A stretch of DNA of 64,000 bases from NCBI GenBank assembly GCA_943356415.1, contig CALREW010000002.1, positions 6,639-70,638 of the forward strand, written 5' to 3'. The translations under genes and the position numbers were made by a program. The notes under the pieces are model-generated. The model was not told the origin of the DNA and did no database searches. It worked only from the letters and a program-made list of their open reading frames with translations. How positions within the stretch are numbered: the stretch's first letter is position 1; each line of letters starts with the position of its first letter. Below, piece by piece: positions 38,010 through 47,503 of the stretch. Source of the DNA: Candidatus Nomurabacteria bacterium (GTDB lineage: Bacteria; Patescibacteriota; Minisyncoccia; Phycocordibacterales; SBAW01).

Positions 38010-39054
38010 CTACAGCACCGAGAAGCGCGAGAAGAAGGCCGAGCGAGCTCGGAGCAAAACCAGTGTTAGGAAGTCCCGGAATCTGTGTTGATGCGCCAAG
38101 AACGTTACCACCTGAGACAAGTCCTGGAACCGGCGTGCCGTACGCGTCGAGGATGCAAGCAGCAGTCTCATACCCCGATGTCACGTATATCGTCTGAGTA
38201 CCAGCGGTCCCGAGGATAACGTTGAGGCGAGAGCCAACGCCCGGGAAGGTGCGTCCGCCTGCAACCCAACTATAGACACCGTTTCCGCCTTGCGCGTTGA
38301 AAGTTACAGTCGAACCAAGAAGCGCTGACTGACGGCTCGGCGTACAAGAGAGGCGTCCCTGGTAGCTTGAATTGATCGCAGTGTTACCTGTGTCGTTGAG
38401 AGTGATGTAGCACGAGCGCGTTTCGCCATCTCCAATAGTGCCGGAGCATTCAGCAGAACGGCTCACATAGTACGAACCCGTTGATGCGGCGTCGATTGAG
38501 TAAGAGCCTGCACCGAGAAGTACCTGCACCGAACCGCTCGTTCCAGGGAAAGATGTGACGCTGGTGTTGATGCCAGAGACCGTAACAACAAAATCATTTG
38601 CAGTGCGCGTACCACCGTTGTCGTTGATAACGCCAACCGTTACGTTAACGCGGGAATTACCGCCCGTGCCCGTTCCTGAAGAAGTGATCGTACAGGTGCG
38701 TACTTCACCTGCCGAAATAAAACCACTGCAGTTAGACGAGTACGACAACGCGTTGCCCGAGAGACTTGCCGAGACGGTGTAGCTTCCTGGGATAACCGTT
38801 ACGACGCGGGTATCAGATGCGAAACTTGATGAGTACGTAAGAGTCGCCACTGACGTCGGTGTCGAGGTAAGTGACGGACCCGTACCAGTCACCATGACGG
38901 TGCCGGCGTATGTAGGCGTCAAACCGGTCGTGGTTTTAGTTACCACGACAATCTGCGCAGTGGAGGTTTGTGCAGAAGCCACAAATGGGGCCACTACCAA
39001 GATGGTGAGGCCGACGATGAGCGTCGCGAGGATGGTGCGAATAGTGGTAACCAT
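37939..39054 (-). CDS. LPXTG-motif cell-wall-anchored surface protein (Thr/Ser/Gly-rich)
   Basis: Signal peptide at the N-terminus. C-terminal GLPNTG sorting signal, then a hydrophobic helix and a basic tail (YPHVRSAVR). Confidence 0.75.
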   Translation of the reverse strand: MVTTIRTILATLIVGLTILVVAPFVASAQTSTAQIVVVTKTTTGLTPTYAGTVMVTGTGPSLTSTPTSVATLTYSSSFASDTRVVTVIPGSYTVSASLSGNALSYSSNCSGFISAGEVRTCTITSSGTGTGGNSRVNVTVGVINDNGGTRTANDFVVTVSGINTSVTSFPGTSGSVQVLLGAGSYSIDAASTGSYYVSRSAECSGTIGDGETRSCYITLNDTGNTAINSSYQGRLSCTPSRQSALLGSTVTFNAQGGNGVYSWVAGGRTFPGVGSRLNVILGTAGTQTIYVTSGYETAACILDAYGTPVPGLVSGGNVLGASTQIPGLPNTGFAPSSLGLLLALLGAVVAMPLALILAYPHVRSAVRTLVG

Positions 39055-39147
39055 AATAGGCGTCTAAGGGGTAATGGGGTCGAAACCGGTGCTAATTGCA
39101 CCGTACCACAGCCCCAGGGCTTTTCAAGCCCCTTCGCGTTGCCTAAT

Positions 39148-39687
39148 TTAATTCTGCTGTAGCGGCAGCCCACCCATAAAATCAGCTTTACCGATGGAAA
39201 GTCCGGCCGCACGGAGAAGACCGTAGGCTACCGTCAGATGAAAGAAGAAGTTTGGCAGCACATATTCTTGCGCATAGCCAAAACCGGTCATATGCATCCC
39301 TGGGAAAAAGGAGAGTTCGACTCGGCGTGAGTCAGAATCAGCGAACTTCTCTGCGGGGACGCTTTGCACAAACTGTAACGCCTTATCAATACGGGCGGAT
39401 AGTTCATCGAAGCTCACTTCAGTGTCTTCGTGCTTTGGTGCTTCCGCACCGCTGAGGCGCGCCACCGCACCTTTTGCTGTATCGCAGGCTATTTGTACTT
39501 GCTTAACGAACGGAAACATATCAGGTGCAAGGCGTGCATTAAGCAATTCCGTTTCAGAGATACCCGTTGAGGTAGCGTGCGCCTTCCCTTTTTCGAGCAA
39601 AACCTTAAGTGCGCTGAGGTGCTTCACAAAAAGTGGAACAAGAAATTCGTATGTAGTATGCATGGAGGAAATAGTACGCGCACTCAC
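39148..39687 (-). CDS. DUF1993 domain-containing protein
   Basis: LPNFFFHLTVAYGLLRAAGLSIGKADFMGGLP and the FVKQ motif typical of DUF1993. Likely start at MHTTYEFLV. Confidence 0.6.
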   Translation of the reverse strand: MSARTISSMHTTYEFLVPLFVKHLSALKVLLEKGKAHATSTGISETELLNARLAPDMFPFVKQVQIACDTAKGAVARLSGAEAPKHEDTEVSFDELSARIDKALQFVQSVPAEKFADSDSRRVELSFFPGMHMTGFGYAQEYVLPNFFFHLTVAYGLLRAAGLSIGKADFMGGLPLQQN

Positions 39688-39701
39688 CCACTACTGCAAA
39701 A

Positions 39702-40136
39702 TTATTCAACACGCACGAGAGAGCCGTCGAGACTAGTCCGGTACGTATATCGTCCAAATCCGCTTGAAAGTACGACGCGATACCCCTCCACCATCGACTG
39801 CCCGCACATCTCATTTGCCTGAGGCAACCCAAGACAGAGGTCTGGCCAGGTACGACGTTCAAGATTGTTCACGGTGACCTCGTCAACGGAAGCACCAAGC
39901 GACGCGGCAAGCTCTCGGCGCAACTGTTCAGCAACTACTGGAAGTTCCGGCTGCGGTGTTTTTGCTTCAAGTGGTTTATTCGAGGCTGGAGGATTTGGAA
40001 CAACCGCTTTTGTTGCCTCTATCACCGCGGCAGTGCTTACCTTCACTCGTCCCCCATCGGTAACAAGCGCGTAGGTAGCTCCCGCAGCAAGCGCGACGGC
40101 CAAACACGCAATAGTGAGATAAACCTGTGAGTGCAT
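39702..40136 (-). CDS. hypothetical secreted protein
   Basis: 144 aa with a signal anchor and a Pro-rich linker. Confidence 0.35.
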   Translation of the reverse strand: MHSQVYLTIACLAVALAAGATYALVTDGGRVKVSTAAVIEATKAVVPNPPASNKPLEAKTPQPELPVVAEQLRRELAASLGASVDEVTVNNLERRTWPDLCLGLPQANEMCGQSMVEGYRVVLSSGFGRYTYRTSLDGSLVRVE

Positions 40137-40170
40137 ATAGAGGTAAACGAGCCGTCTGTATGAGCGCTAC

Positions 40171-41958
40171 TTAAGAATTTCTACGAGCGCGGGAACGGTC
40201 TATGTCAGTCAACTGCTGCTTACGCAAGCGAACCGAAAGGGGTGTTACTTCGAGATATTCATCTTCACTCATAACTTCAAGTCCACGTTCGATACTGAGC
40301 GTAAAAGGCGGCACCAGGTCAATCGCTTCGTCGGAACCTTTCGAGCGCATGTTGGTGAGCTGTTTTCCTTTCGTTGGGTTAACGCTCATCTCTTCACCCT
40401 TGCTCGTATTTCCTATAACCATACCTTCATACACTTCGGTTGCAGGAGATATATACAGTACGCCTCGCTCCTGAAGATTCCACAAAGAGAAGCCGAGCGC
40501 CTTGCCTGACTCCATCGATATCATCGAGCCGACCTGGCGTTTGCGTATCTCGCCCGCATACGGCTTAAAGCCAACAAAACGCGACGAGAGTATTCCCTCG
40601 CCTCTGGTGTCCATCACAAACTGGTTGCGGTAACCGAGGAGTCCGCGCGTTGGTCCTTCAAAGGAGAGGCGCACCGTTGCATCATGAGTGCGCATATCAG
40701 ACATAACGAAGCCGCGAAGTCCTAAGCGCTCGATAATGGTGCCTTGAAATTCGCTCGGCGTATCGACAATTACCTCTTCAAATGGCTCCATTTTTACCCC
40801 ATCCTCTTCCTTGATGATGACCTGCGGCTGAGAGACCTGCATTTCGTATCCTTCACGACGCATATTTTCAAGAAGGATCGCAATGTGCAGTTCACCGCGC
40901 CCATAGACACGGAATGAGTCGGCAGCAGAAAAATCGACACGTAACCCTACGTTTATCTCGAGTTCGCGCTCAAGTCGTTCGCGTATCTGGCGCGAGGTAA
41001 CAAACTTTCCTTCGCGTCCCGCAAACGGCGAATTGTTAACCAAGAAATTGAGACCGATGGTTGGCTCATCAACCGCGATACCTGGAAGTGGTGTTGCGTT
41101 TTGGTCAGTCGTAATAGTTTCGCCAATATCGATGTCAGGAATACCCGCAACAAGTACGATATCCCCCGGCGTTGCCTCAGGTGTTTCTTCGCGCATAAGC
41201 CCTTTAAACGAAAAGACTTTTGTTATTTTGCCGTTGCGTGTTTCGCCAGTTGGCTTCTTCACAAATACCTGCTGGCCAGGAATAACCTTTCCTTCATACA
41301 CGCGGCCCACGGCCATACGACCGAGGAAGTTGTCGTATGCGAGATTGAATGGCTGAAATCGTAGAGGCGCTGAAGCGTCAGCGGTTGAAGCCACCGGAAC
41401 ATATGCCAAGATCGCATCCAAAAGTGGCGTGAGATCTTTCGACTCATCCTCAAGTTTCATCTTGGCGATACCCTGTCGTCCAATGGCGTACACCACTTTA
41501 AAGTCTGACTGCTCATCGCTTGCACCAAGCTCAAGAAATAGTTCAAGTACCGCTTCCTCTGCACGCGCAGGATCAGCAGCAGGTTTGTCTATCTTATTGA
41601 GCACCACAATAGGCTTCAACCCCAATTCAAGTGACTTCTTAAGTACGAAACGCGTCTGCGGCATAGGACCTTCCTGCGCATCTACCACCAACAAAACGCA
41701 GTCAATGGAGCGCAGCACGCGTTCTACCTCAGAGCCAAAGTCTGCGTGTCCTGGAGTATCGACGATATTTATTTTGGTGCCCTTGTAGATGACCGAGGCA
41801 TTCTTGGAGTAGATGGTGATGCCACGTTCGAGTTCGAGGGTATTTGAGTCCATGGAAACCCCCTCCTCCGCAGCCCCAGTCTGGCGCAACAAAGCATCCG
41901 TGAGAGTTGTCTTCCCGTGGTCGACGTGGGCGATGATAGCTATATTACGGATTTCCAT
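40171..41958 (-). CDS. typA: translational GTPase TypA/BipA
   Basis: MEIRNIAIIAHVDHGKTTLTDALL, DTPGHADF, and the TypA C-terminal domain. The tracked ORF is extended to 42042; the ATG at about 41958 is the likely start. Confidence 0.9.
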   Translation of the reverse strand: MEIRNIAIIAHVDHGKTTLTDALLRQTGAAEEGVSMDSNTLELERGITIYSKNASVIYKGTKINIVDTPGHADFGSEVERVLRSIDCVLLVVDAQEGPMPQTRFVLKKSLELGLKPIVVLNKIDKPAADPARAEEAVLELFLELGASDEQSDFKVVYAIGRQGIAKMKLEDESKDLTPLLDAILAYVPVASTADASAPLRFQPFNLAYDNFLGRMAVGRVYEGKVIPGQQVFVKKPTGETRNGKITKVFSFKGLMREETPEATPGDIVLVAGIPDIDIGETITTDQNATPLPGIAVDEPTIGLNFLVNNSPFAGREGKFVTSRQIRERLERELEINVGLRVDFSAADSFRVYGRGELHIAILLENMRREGYEMQVSQPQVIIKEEDGVKMEPFEEVIVDTPSEFQGTIIERLGLRGFVMSDMRTHDATVRLSFEGPTRGLLGYRNQFVMDTRGEGILSSRFVGFKPYAGEIRKRQVGSMISMESGKALGFSLWNLQERGVLYISPATEVYEGMVIGNTSKGEEMSVNPTKGKQLTNMRSKGSDEAIDLVPPFTLSIERGLEVMSEDEYLEVTPLSVRLRKQQLTDIDRSRARRNS

Positions 41959-42099
41959 TGCGGCTGTTGGCGGTGAAAAACAAAAAGGCCGTGAGGCCAA
42001 CGAGCCAACAATAGCAGGATATATTGATATTCTCAATAGCACTCACCTCACTCAAAAGAGAGGCAAAGACACCTTGTGAGGCGTGAAGTCGAGATATTT

Positions 42100-42519
42100 T
42101 TACTTACCTACTTTCTTCGCGGCTTTCTTTACTTTCTTTGCTACCTTTTTTGCAACGCGCGTGGCTTTCTTTGCGACTTTGGAAGTATCTCCACGAAACT
42201 TCTTCCAATCCTCGTTGACGGCGCTAACAAACGCTGCAACATCTTTTGGATCAACATTTTTAAGCGCCTTGTATCGTGAGCTGACCCCTTTCACAATCGT
42301 CTTATAGTTCTTTTCGTTAAGCGCAACATCCTTGAACTTCTTTGCTTCACGCTCAACTTCTTTGCGTGCCTTAGACATCCAGACAGCTGCCTTCCTTCGA
42401 TGCTCTTTAGCGTTCGAGCTTCCGTACAGATAATACGCCCCAGCTGCTCCGGCCGCCGCAACTGCGGCCACCGCTACCGTTGCAGCCACTCCTTTCCCTA
42501 CGCTTTTCTTTTTTGCCAT
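42100..42519 (-). CDS. hypothetical Lys-rich protein (N-terminal hydrophobic Ala/Val stretch, KKVAKKVKKAAKK tail)
   Basis: 139 aa with low-complexity basic repeats. Confidence 0.4.
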   Translation of the reverse strand: MAKKKSVGKGVAATVAVAAVAAAGAAGAYYLYGSSNAKEHRRKAAVWMSKARKEVEREAKKFKDVALNEKNYKTIVKGVSSRYKALKNVDPKDVAAFVSAVNEDWKKFRGDTSKVAKKATRVAKKVAKKVKKAAKKVGK

Positions 42520-42547
42520 ATGTATTCGTTATCCGTATAAATCCCCC

Positions 42548-42889
42548 TTACACACTCTCTTCTTCATTCTTGCTACGAGATCGTGCCCGAGGTGCCTTAT
42601 GCTTCGGCATAAAACCGGCACGACGTGCAAAGTAGACTGCCACCGCACGTAGGTGTGCACCTCCTTGTCGCACTTCAGACCTCAACGACTCGAGATCTTC
42701 GCTTACCTTCTCCGTGCCTTGCCGAATACGACTGGTGACATCGCGCACATCGCGCAAAATTCCCGCAAGATAGTAAAGAACGATACACACAAGAACAGTC
42801 ACGACGATCACAGCGGCAGACGTTATGTAGAAGAATATGTTTGTCTGAAGCACCAGATCCATCATGTGAGTATAGCCTGTTGTCTCCAT
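42548..42889 (-). CDS. DUF948-like membrane protein (one TM helix plus coiled-coil)
   Basis: 113 aa with the TM segment FFYITSAAVIVVTVLVCIVLYYL. Confidence 0.45.
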   Translation of the reverse strand: METTGYTHMMDLVLQTNIFFYITSAAVIVVTVLVCIVLYYLAGILRDVRDVTSRIRQGTEKVSEDLESLRSEVRQGGAHLRAVAVYFARRAGFMPKHKAPRARSRSKNEEESV

Positions 42890-42995
42890 TAAGAACGATG
42901 TTCACATCTCAAAGTGATCAGGGTCAAGCGTCACATCGACACGTTTCATTCATTAATAATTCAGGGACGTCTTATAAGGTTAACGACATACTTCT

Positions 42996-43148
42996 ATGTT
43001 GATTACCATTGCGACAATTCTTATCATCCTGTGGCTCCTTGGCTTGATCACGAGCTATACCATCGGTGGATTTATTCATCTCCTTTTGGTCATCGCGGTC
43101 ATCATGGTTTTGGTTCGTCTCATACGTGGCGAAAACCCAATACGGTAA
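42996..43148 (+). CDS. lmo0937-family small membrane protein (50 aa); absent from the ORF track
   Basis: ATG at 42996 to TAA at 43146-43148. MLITIATILIILWLLGLITSYTIGGFIHLLLVIAVIMVLVRLIRGENPIR matches the W-LLG...GG.IHLLLV.A signature of this family. The overlapping tracked ORF 42914..43156 in another frame looks spurious. Confidence 0.55.
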   Translation: MLITIATILIILWLLGLITSYTIGGFIHLLLVIAVIMVLVRLIRGENPIR

Positions 43149-43156
43149 TACTCTGA

Positions 43157-43190
43157 AATACCCCCGGCAGATTTGCCGGGGGTATTTCAT
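43157..43190. terminator. bidirectional terminator hairpin
   Basis: AAATACCCCCGGCAGATTTGCCGGGGGTATTTC, between convergent genes. Confidence 0.55.
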
Positions 43191-43702
43191 TAGAACGTCA
43201 ATGTGAGAGCCTCTCCAGTTTTTAAACCGTCGTAGCGTTTGAGGAGATACGCAAACGCTTTGGTTGCACGCTCAACAAAATCGCGAGTTAGATATGCAGG
43301 CGTATCAAATCCTTGAACTTTTAAATACCCGGGCAGCTGAGTTAGCAACTCATCGACACTAAAGCCTTCTTTCTGTGCACCCTGAAGTGACGCGACGATA
43401 AGTTCAGTCAGTCCCCCCTCTCCAACCAAACGGTTAGGGCTCTCTCTGTTCTGAGCGTGTGCATCCATACGCATATCAGCAAATGTCTTACCGGCGACAA
43501 CGGAGCCATAGAAGGAATGTTTAAGACCCGCCTCTTTCTCAACCACGTAGTGCATGAAATCGTGACGCAAATAACTGCGTGTCTCAAGATCAGAAGCGAC
43601 TTCACGAGTGCCATCGTCGCGGACCAACGCAAGCTCGTGCCGTTCGTGATTGGTTTTGGTGAATACAACCTCCATACCCACACTAACGAGCGCTGCGAAC
43701 AT
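43190..43702 (-). CDS. hypothetical protein
   Basis: 170-aa ORF with no family recognised. Confidence 0.4.
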   Translation of the reverse strand: MFAALVSVGMEVVFTKTNHERHELALVRDDGTREVASDLETRSYLRHDFMHYVVEKEAGLKHSFYGSVVAGKTFADMRMDAHAQNRESPNRLVGEGGLTELIVASLQGAQKEGFSVDELLTQLPGYLKVQGFDTPAYLTRDFVERATKAFAYLLKRYDGLKTGEALTLTF

Positions 43703-44378
43703 ACGTTATCCAAAAGGAAATTGCTGCCCACGTCAGAAGTCCGAGGAGTAAGAGTGACGGCTGGGTTATGGTCTCTTCAACGGCGTGCGCAAAATGATAC
43801 GCACCAAGTCCCCAAAGAATGTTCCATCCGAGCGTGTAAACAGTCGAGCGTGCTAAAAATTTCCTCCATGGAAATCGCCCATTGCCTGCAGCGATCGAAA
43901 CAAACCCTCCAACGTTTGGGTGAATGAACGCGAGCGGCAACGTGCGTTCACCTTTCTTCTCCCAATAGGTTTGTGCACGATCGATCAGCGCACCTCCTCC
44001 AAGCTTTCGTAAAAAGTTGTGGAGTCCAAAATAGCCGAGCGCATAATTCACCTGCGCAGTCACAATAAACGCAACAGTAGTGATTCCGACGACGAGCGCC
44101 GCTGCGGACGGGTCGCCATAGGAAAAAACAACTCCGAGCACGATAACCGCAGAGCCTGGAATATAGATATTGATAACAGCAATACCTTCAAGAAGCGCCG
44201 CCAAAAATACAAACGGGAGGCCATAGAGGTTAAACCAATGTTCGATAAGGGTATATGTTTCTTTCGGGTCAGGCATGCCGACAAGCTGCCATATCACAAG
44301 TACGACGAGGAGCACTGCTGTGCAGATAAGCGGCACTGCCGCAGAAAGTAGCGCGAGTCGTATGCGTTGCATTTCCAC
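43683..44378 (-). CDS. DedA/SNARE-associated (VTT domain) membrane protein
   Basis: LEGIAVINIYIPGSAVIVLGVVF motif. Confidence 0.75.
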   Translation of the reverse strand: MEMQRIRLALLSAAVPLICTAVLLVVLVIWQLVGMPDPKETYTLIEHWFNLYGLPFVFLAALLEGIAVINIYIPGSAVIVLGVVFSYGDPSAAALVVGITTVAFIVTAQVNYALGYFGLHNFLRKLGGGALIDRAQTYWEKKGERTLPLAFIHPNVGGFVSIAAGNGRFPWRKFLARSTVYTLGWNILWGLGAYHFAHAVEETITQPSLLLLGLLTWAAISFWITYVRSAR

Positions 44379-44466
44379 ACTGTAACCTGAGTTGCATCAA
44401 ACTGCTGCTTCGCTACAGTGACTCCGGAAGCAAGCTAAACGCTTTCGATCAACTAGAGGAGGGGCC

Positions 44467-46020
44467 ATGGCTCGCCCGAAGATTCTTGTCGTGGAGCTCG
44501 GCTCCCAATACACCCAGATCATCGGCAGGGCCCTGCGCGAGCTCGGGTACCGTACTGCCATCCTCGACCCTAAGAAGGCCGAGAGGTGGGCTGCGAATCA
44601 CGAGGTCAAGTGCGTCATTCTCTCCGGCGGTCCCCATTCGGTAACCGACGTGGATGCGCCGAAGCCTACGGAGCAGATGATGCGTCTCCTCTCCGAGCGC
44701 AACGTCCCCATCTTCGGGATCTGCTTCGGCATGCAGTGGCACGCACACCTCCTCGGCGGCACCGTCGAGAACATCGAAGCCAACCGCGAGTTTGGTCACG
44801 CGCTCGCCGCGCTTGATCCAGCGTCGCCGCTTTTCGCTGGCCTCAATGAAGAAGAGCGAGTCTGGGCGAGCCATGGCGACACGGTCACCACGCTCCCCGA
44901 CGGCTTTAAGGCCATCGGCTGGCAGACCACGAGCGGTGCTATCACCGCCATGGCCTCGACCAACGAACGGGTCTTCGGCGTGCAGTTCCACCCCGAAGTG
45001 ACCCACACACCCTCGGGCAAGGCGATCCTCGAGAACTTCGTTTCCAGCATCGCTGGCTGCGAACGCGACTGGGACCCGACGCTCTTGGTCGGAGAAATCC
45101 GCCAACATCTGTCGGAGCTCGCCAAGGACGGTGCGAAAGCCATCATCGGCTTCTCTGGCGGCGTCGATTCAACGACGCTCGGCGCCATCGCCTCTTCGGT
45201 CTTCGGCGAGCAGCTGCTCGCAGTTGCCGTGGACGCTGGCCACATGCGCGAAGACGAGATGGAGGAAGTGAAGCGGCACGCACAAGCGGCCGGTCTCACC
45301 CTACGGATCGTCGACGCACGCGAGAAGTGCCTCAAGGCACTCTCGTTCGAGACAGACTCCGAGAAGAAGCGAAAGGCCTTCACCAAGATCTACGAGGAAG
45401 CCTTCGCCGAAGTGGCGGCCGAGTTCGACGCCACCATCTTCCTGCAGGGTACGCTGGCGCCCGACGTCATCGAATCCGGCGAAGATGGACGCGACCTCAT
45501 CAAGTCGCACCACAACGTCAAGGCGAAGGTCGAAGGTTGCGAGTCGTTGCACCCGCTCGCGAGCCTCTTCAAGTACGAGGTCCGCGAAATCGCCAAGAGC
45601 CTCGACCTTCCCGAAAGCGTCTGGAAGCGCCAGCCGTTCCCGGGACCCGGCCTCACACTGCGCGTTGTCGGTGCCATGGTGACCGACGACGCGATGGCGC
45701 TAGTCCGCAAGGCGGACGCCATCGTGACCCGCGTACTCAAGCAGCACGGCGAGTACGACAAGGTAGACCAGCTGGTCGTGGCGATGCTGTGCATCAAGAC
45801 GACCGGGGTCAAGGGCGATGCGCGTTCCTACGGCTTCTCGATCGCCGTACGCGGCGTCATCACTTCCGACTTCATGACTGCGGAAGGGTACGATTTCCCA
45901 ACCGCCGTGAAGAAGGAGATCTCGCGCCAGGTCACCAAGCTCAAGATCGGTTACTACGACATCGTGCGTGTCCTGTGGGACACCACCGACAAACCGTCGG
46001 GTACGACGGAATACGAATAG
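44467..46020 (+). CDS. guaA: GMP synthase (glutamine-hydrolysing)
   Basis: GATase GICFGMQ with a catalytic Cys, PP-loop FSGGVDS, and the GMP synthase C-terminal domain. RBS GAGGAGGGG upstream. The gene is about 62% GC with strong GC3 bias, above the background. Confidence 0.95.
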   Translation: MARPKILVVELGSQYTQIIGRALRELGYRTAILDPKKAERWAANHEVKCVILSGGPHSVTDVDAPKPTEQMMRLLSERNVPIFGICFGMQWHAHLLGGTVENIEANREFGHALAALDPASPLFAGLNEEERVWASHGDTVTTLPDGFKAIGWQTTSGAITAMASTNERVFGVQFHPEVTHTPSGKAILENFVSSIAGCERDWDPTLLVGEIRQHLSELAKDGAKAIIGFSGGVDSTTLGAIASSVFGEQLLAVAVDAGHMREDEMEEVKRHAQAAGLTLRIVDAREKCLKALSFETDSEKKRKAFTKIYEEAFAEVAAEFDATIFLQGTLAPDVIESGEDGRDLIKSHHNVKAKVEGCESLHPLASLFKYEVREIAKSLDLPESVWKRQPFPGPGLTLRVVGAMVTDDAMALVRKADAIVTRVLKQHGEYDKVDQLVVAMLCIKTTGVKGDARSYGFSIAVRGVITSDFMTAEGYDFPTAVKKEISRQVTKLKIGYYDIVRVLWDTTDKPSGTTEYE

Positions 46021-46045
46021 CCGACTGATCATCGGCCCGAACACA

Positions 46046-46084
46046 GAAGGGCGCCGGCGGAAGCCGACGCCCTTCGTCTTTTTA
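46046..46084 (+). terminator. rho-independent terminator of guaA
   Basis: GAAGGGCGCCGGCGGAAGCCGACGCCCTTC followed by GTCTTTTT. Confidence 0.6.
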
Positions 46085-46098
46085 AAATTGGTTAGGGA

Positions 46099-46470
46099 TT
46101 ACTTTCCGAACCACAGGCGCAACCAACCATGCATCATTTCTATTTCACTGCTCTGAACCGTAATAATGTCATCCGCCATTTTGAGGAGTTCCGGTCGTGT
46201 GGTTCCCTCCTTTAGAACTTTCGCCATCGCAATCGCTCCCTCATGGTGTTCAATCATTCCGACGAGAAATGCTTCTTCAAGCGCGGCGCCAGTCTTTCCA
46301 TCAAGCGAAGCAGTCATCGAACTCATGGTGTCACCCATCGTCATCGAAGAATGATCGACGACTGTGGTTGCGCTCGGCGCAGTTTTTGGCGCAACCATAT
46401 AACCAAGTCCGAAACCAAGCACAAGACCGACGATACCCACAACAATGACGCTGTTTTGTTTCATATACAT
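46099..46470 (-). CDS. DUF305 family protein
   Basis: FLVGMIEHHEGAIAMA...SEIEMMHGWL. Confidence 0.6.
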   Translation of the reverse strand: MYMKQNSVIVVGIVGLVLGFGLGYMVAPKTAPSATTVVDHSSMTMGDTMSSMTASLDGKTGAALEEAFLVGMIEHHEGAIAMAKVLKEGTTRPELLKMADDIITVQSSEIEMMHGWLRLWFGK

Positions 46471-46869
46471 TTACTCTTTAGGTTTAAGGTCGAGACAAAC
46501 CGAATTCATACAGTAACGCTTCCCTGTACTTTCAGGCCCATCGTCAAATACATGTCCGAGATGCCCACGACACCGCGAGCAAACCACTTCAGTTCGATGC
46601 ATGCCGTGACTACTGTCTTCAATAAATTCCACCGCACCAGGAAGCGCCTGATCAAACGACGGCCAACCAGTGCCGGATTCAAACTTAGCGTCTGAAGCAA
46701 ACAACTCATTCCCGCACGCGGCGCACGTGTACGTTCCTTCTCGCTTTTCATGAAGAAGGGCTCCGGTGCCAGGCGCCTCAGTCCCCTTCTCACGCAATAT
46801 GTGATATTGCTCGGGCGTTAGCTTTTCCTTCCACTGATCTTCATTCTGAGGAATATTGTTCTCTCGCAT
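46471..46869 (-). CDS. msrB: peptide-methionine (R)-S-oxide reductase MsrB
   Basis: Two CxxC zinc motifs and the catalytic C-terminal RCRGHLGHVFDDGP motif. Confidence 0.9.
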   Translation of the reverse strand: MRENNIPQNEDQWKEKLTPEQYHILREKGTEAPGTGALLHEKREGTYTCAACGNELFASDAKFESGTGWPSFDQALPGAVEFIEDSSHGMHRTEVVCSRCRGHLGHVFDDGPESTGKRYCMNSVCLDLKPKE

Positions 46870-46874
46870 ATTAA

Positions 46875-47414
46875 TTATCCGTTTGCTTTTAATAGCGCCG
46901 CGAATTCTTTTTGAACTTTTTCAAGCTTGGGGTTAATCACAACCTGACAATATCCCTGCGTTTTATTGCGTTCGTAATAATCCTTGTGACTTTGTTCCGC
47001 TTCATAAAAAGTTGTTTTAGGAACTACCTCCGTTGTGATTTGGCTTCCATTTGGATTCGAGTTGTTTAAATCAGTGACAAATTGTTTTGCTTCTTTTTCC
47101 TGCTCCTCTGTTTCAGCAACAATAATCGAGCGATACTGCGTACCAATGTCGTTGCCTTGACGGTTAAGCGTCGTCGGATCGTGCGACGCAAAAAAGACCG
47201 TGAGCAAGGTATGGAATGAAACGAGCGTAGGGTCGTACTCAATTTTTATTACTTCCGCATGCCCAGTCTCTCCGGAACAAACCTGCAAATACGTGGGGTT
47301 CTCCGTGCGTCCCGCAGCATAGCCAGGTTCTACAGCAATAACCCCCTTGATCATCTTAAAAACCGCTTCGGTACACCAGAAACACCCGCCTCCAAAGATT
47401 GCTGTTTGAGTCAT
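46875..47414 (-). CDS. msrA: peptide-methionine (S)-S-oxide reductase MsrA
   Basis: GGGCFWCTEAVF catalytic motif. Confidence 0.9.
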   Translation of the reverse strand: MTQTAIFGGGCFWCTEAVFKMIKGVIAVEPGYAAGRTENPTYLQVCSGETGHAEVIKIEYDPTLVSFHTLLTVFFASHDPTTLNRQGNDIGTQYRSIIVAETEEQEKEAKQFVTDLNNSNPNGSQITTEVVPKTTFYEAEQSHKDYYERNKTQGYCQVVINPKLEKVQKEFAALLKANG

Positions 47415-47503
47415 GTCTGCGAATAAGGTGCTAAATGCTAGTTAAACCTTCAGGAACTTCGTAGTCAATTGTACCCTCCGTTTTTAGGTCTACGAGATAC
47501 TAA

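Noticed and set aside
39100-39125. Hairpin GGGCTTTTCAAGCCC between the DUF1993 and LPXTG genes as a terminator
   Set aside because: It is a short 6-bp stem with no U-tract on either strand, so it is too weak to call.
42914-43156. 80-aa ORF (His/Tyr-rich)
   Set aside because: A different frame of the same region encodes a recognisable lmo0937-family 50-aa membrane protein. The 80-aa product has an implausible composition.
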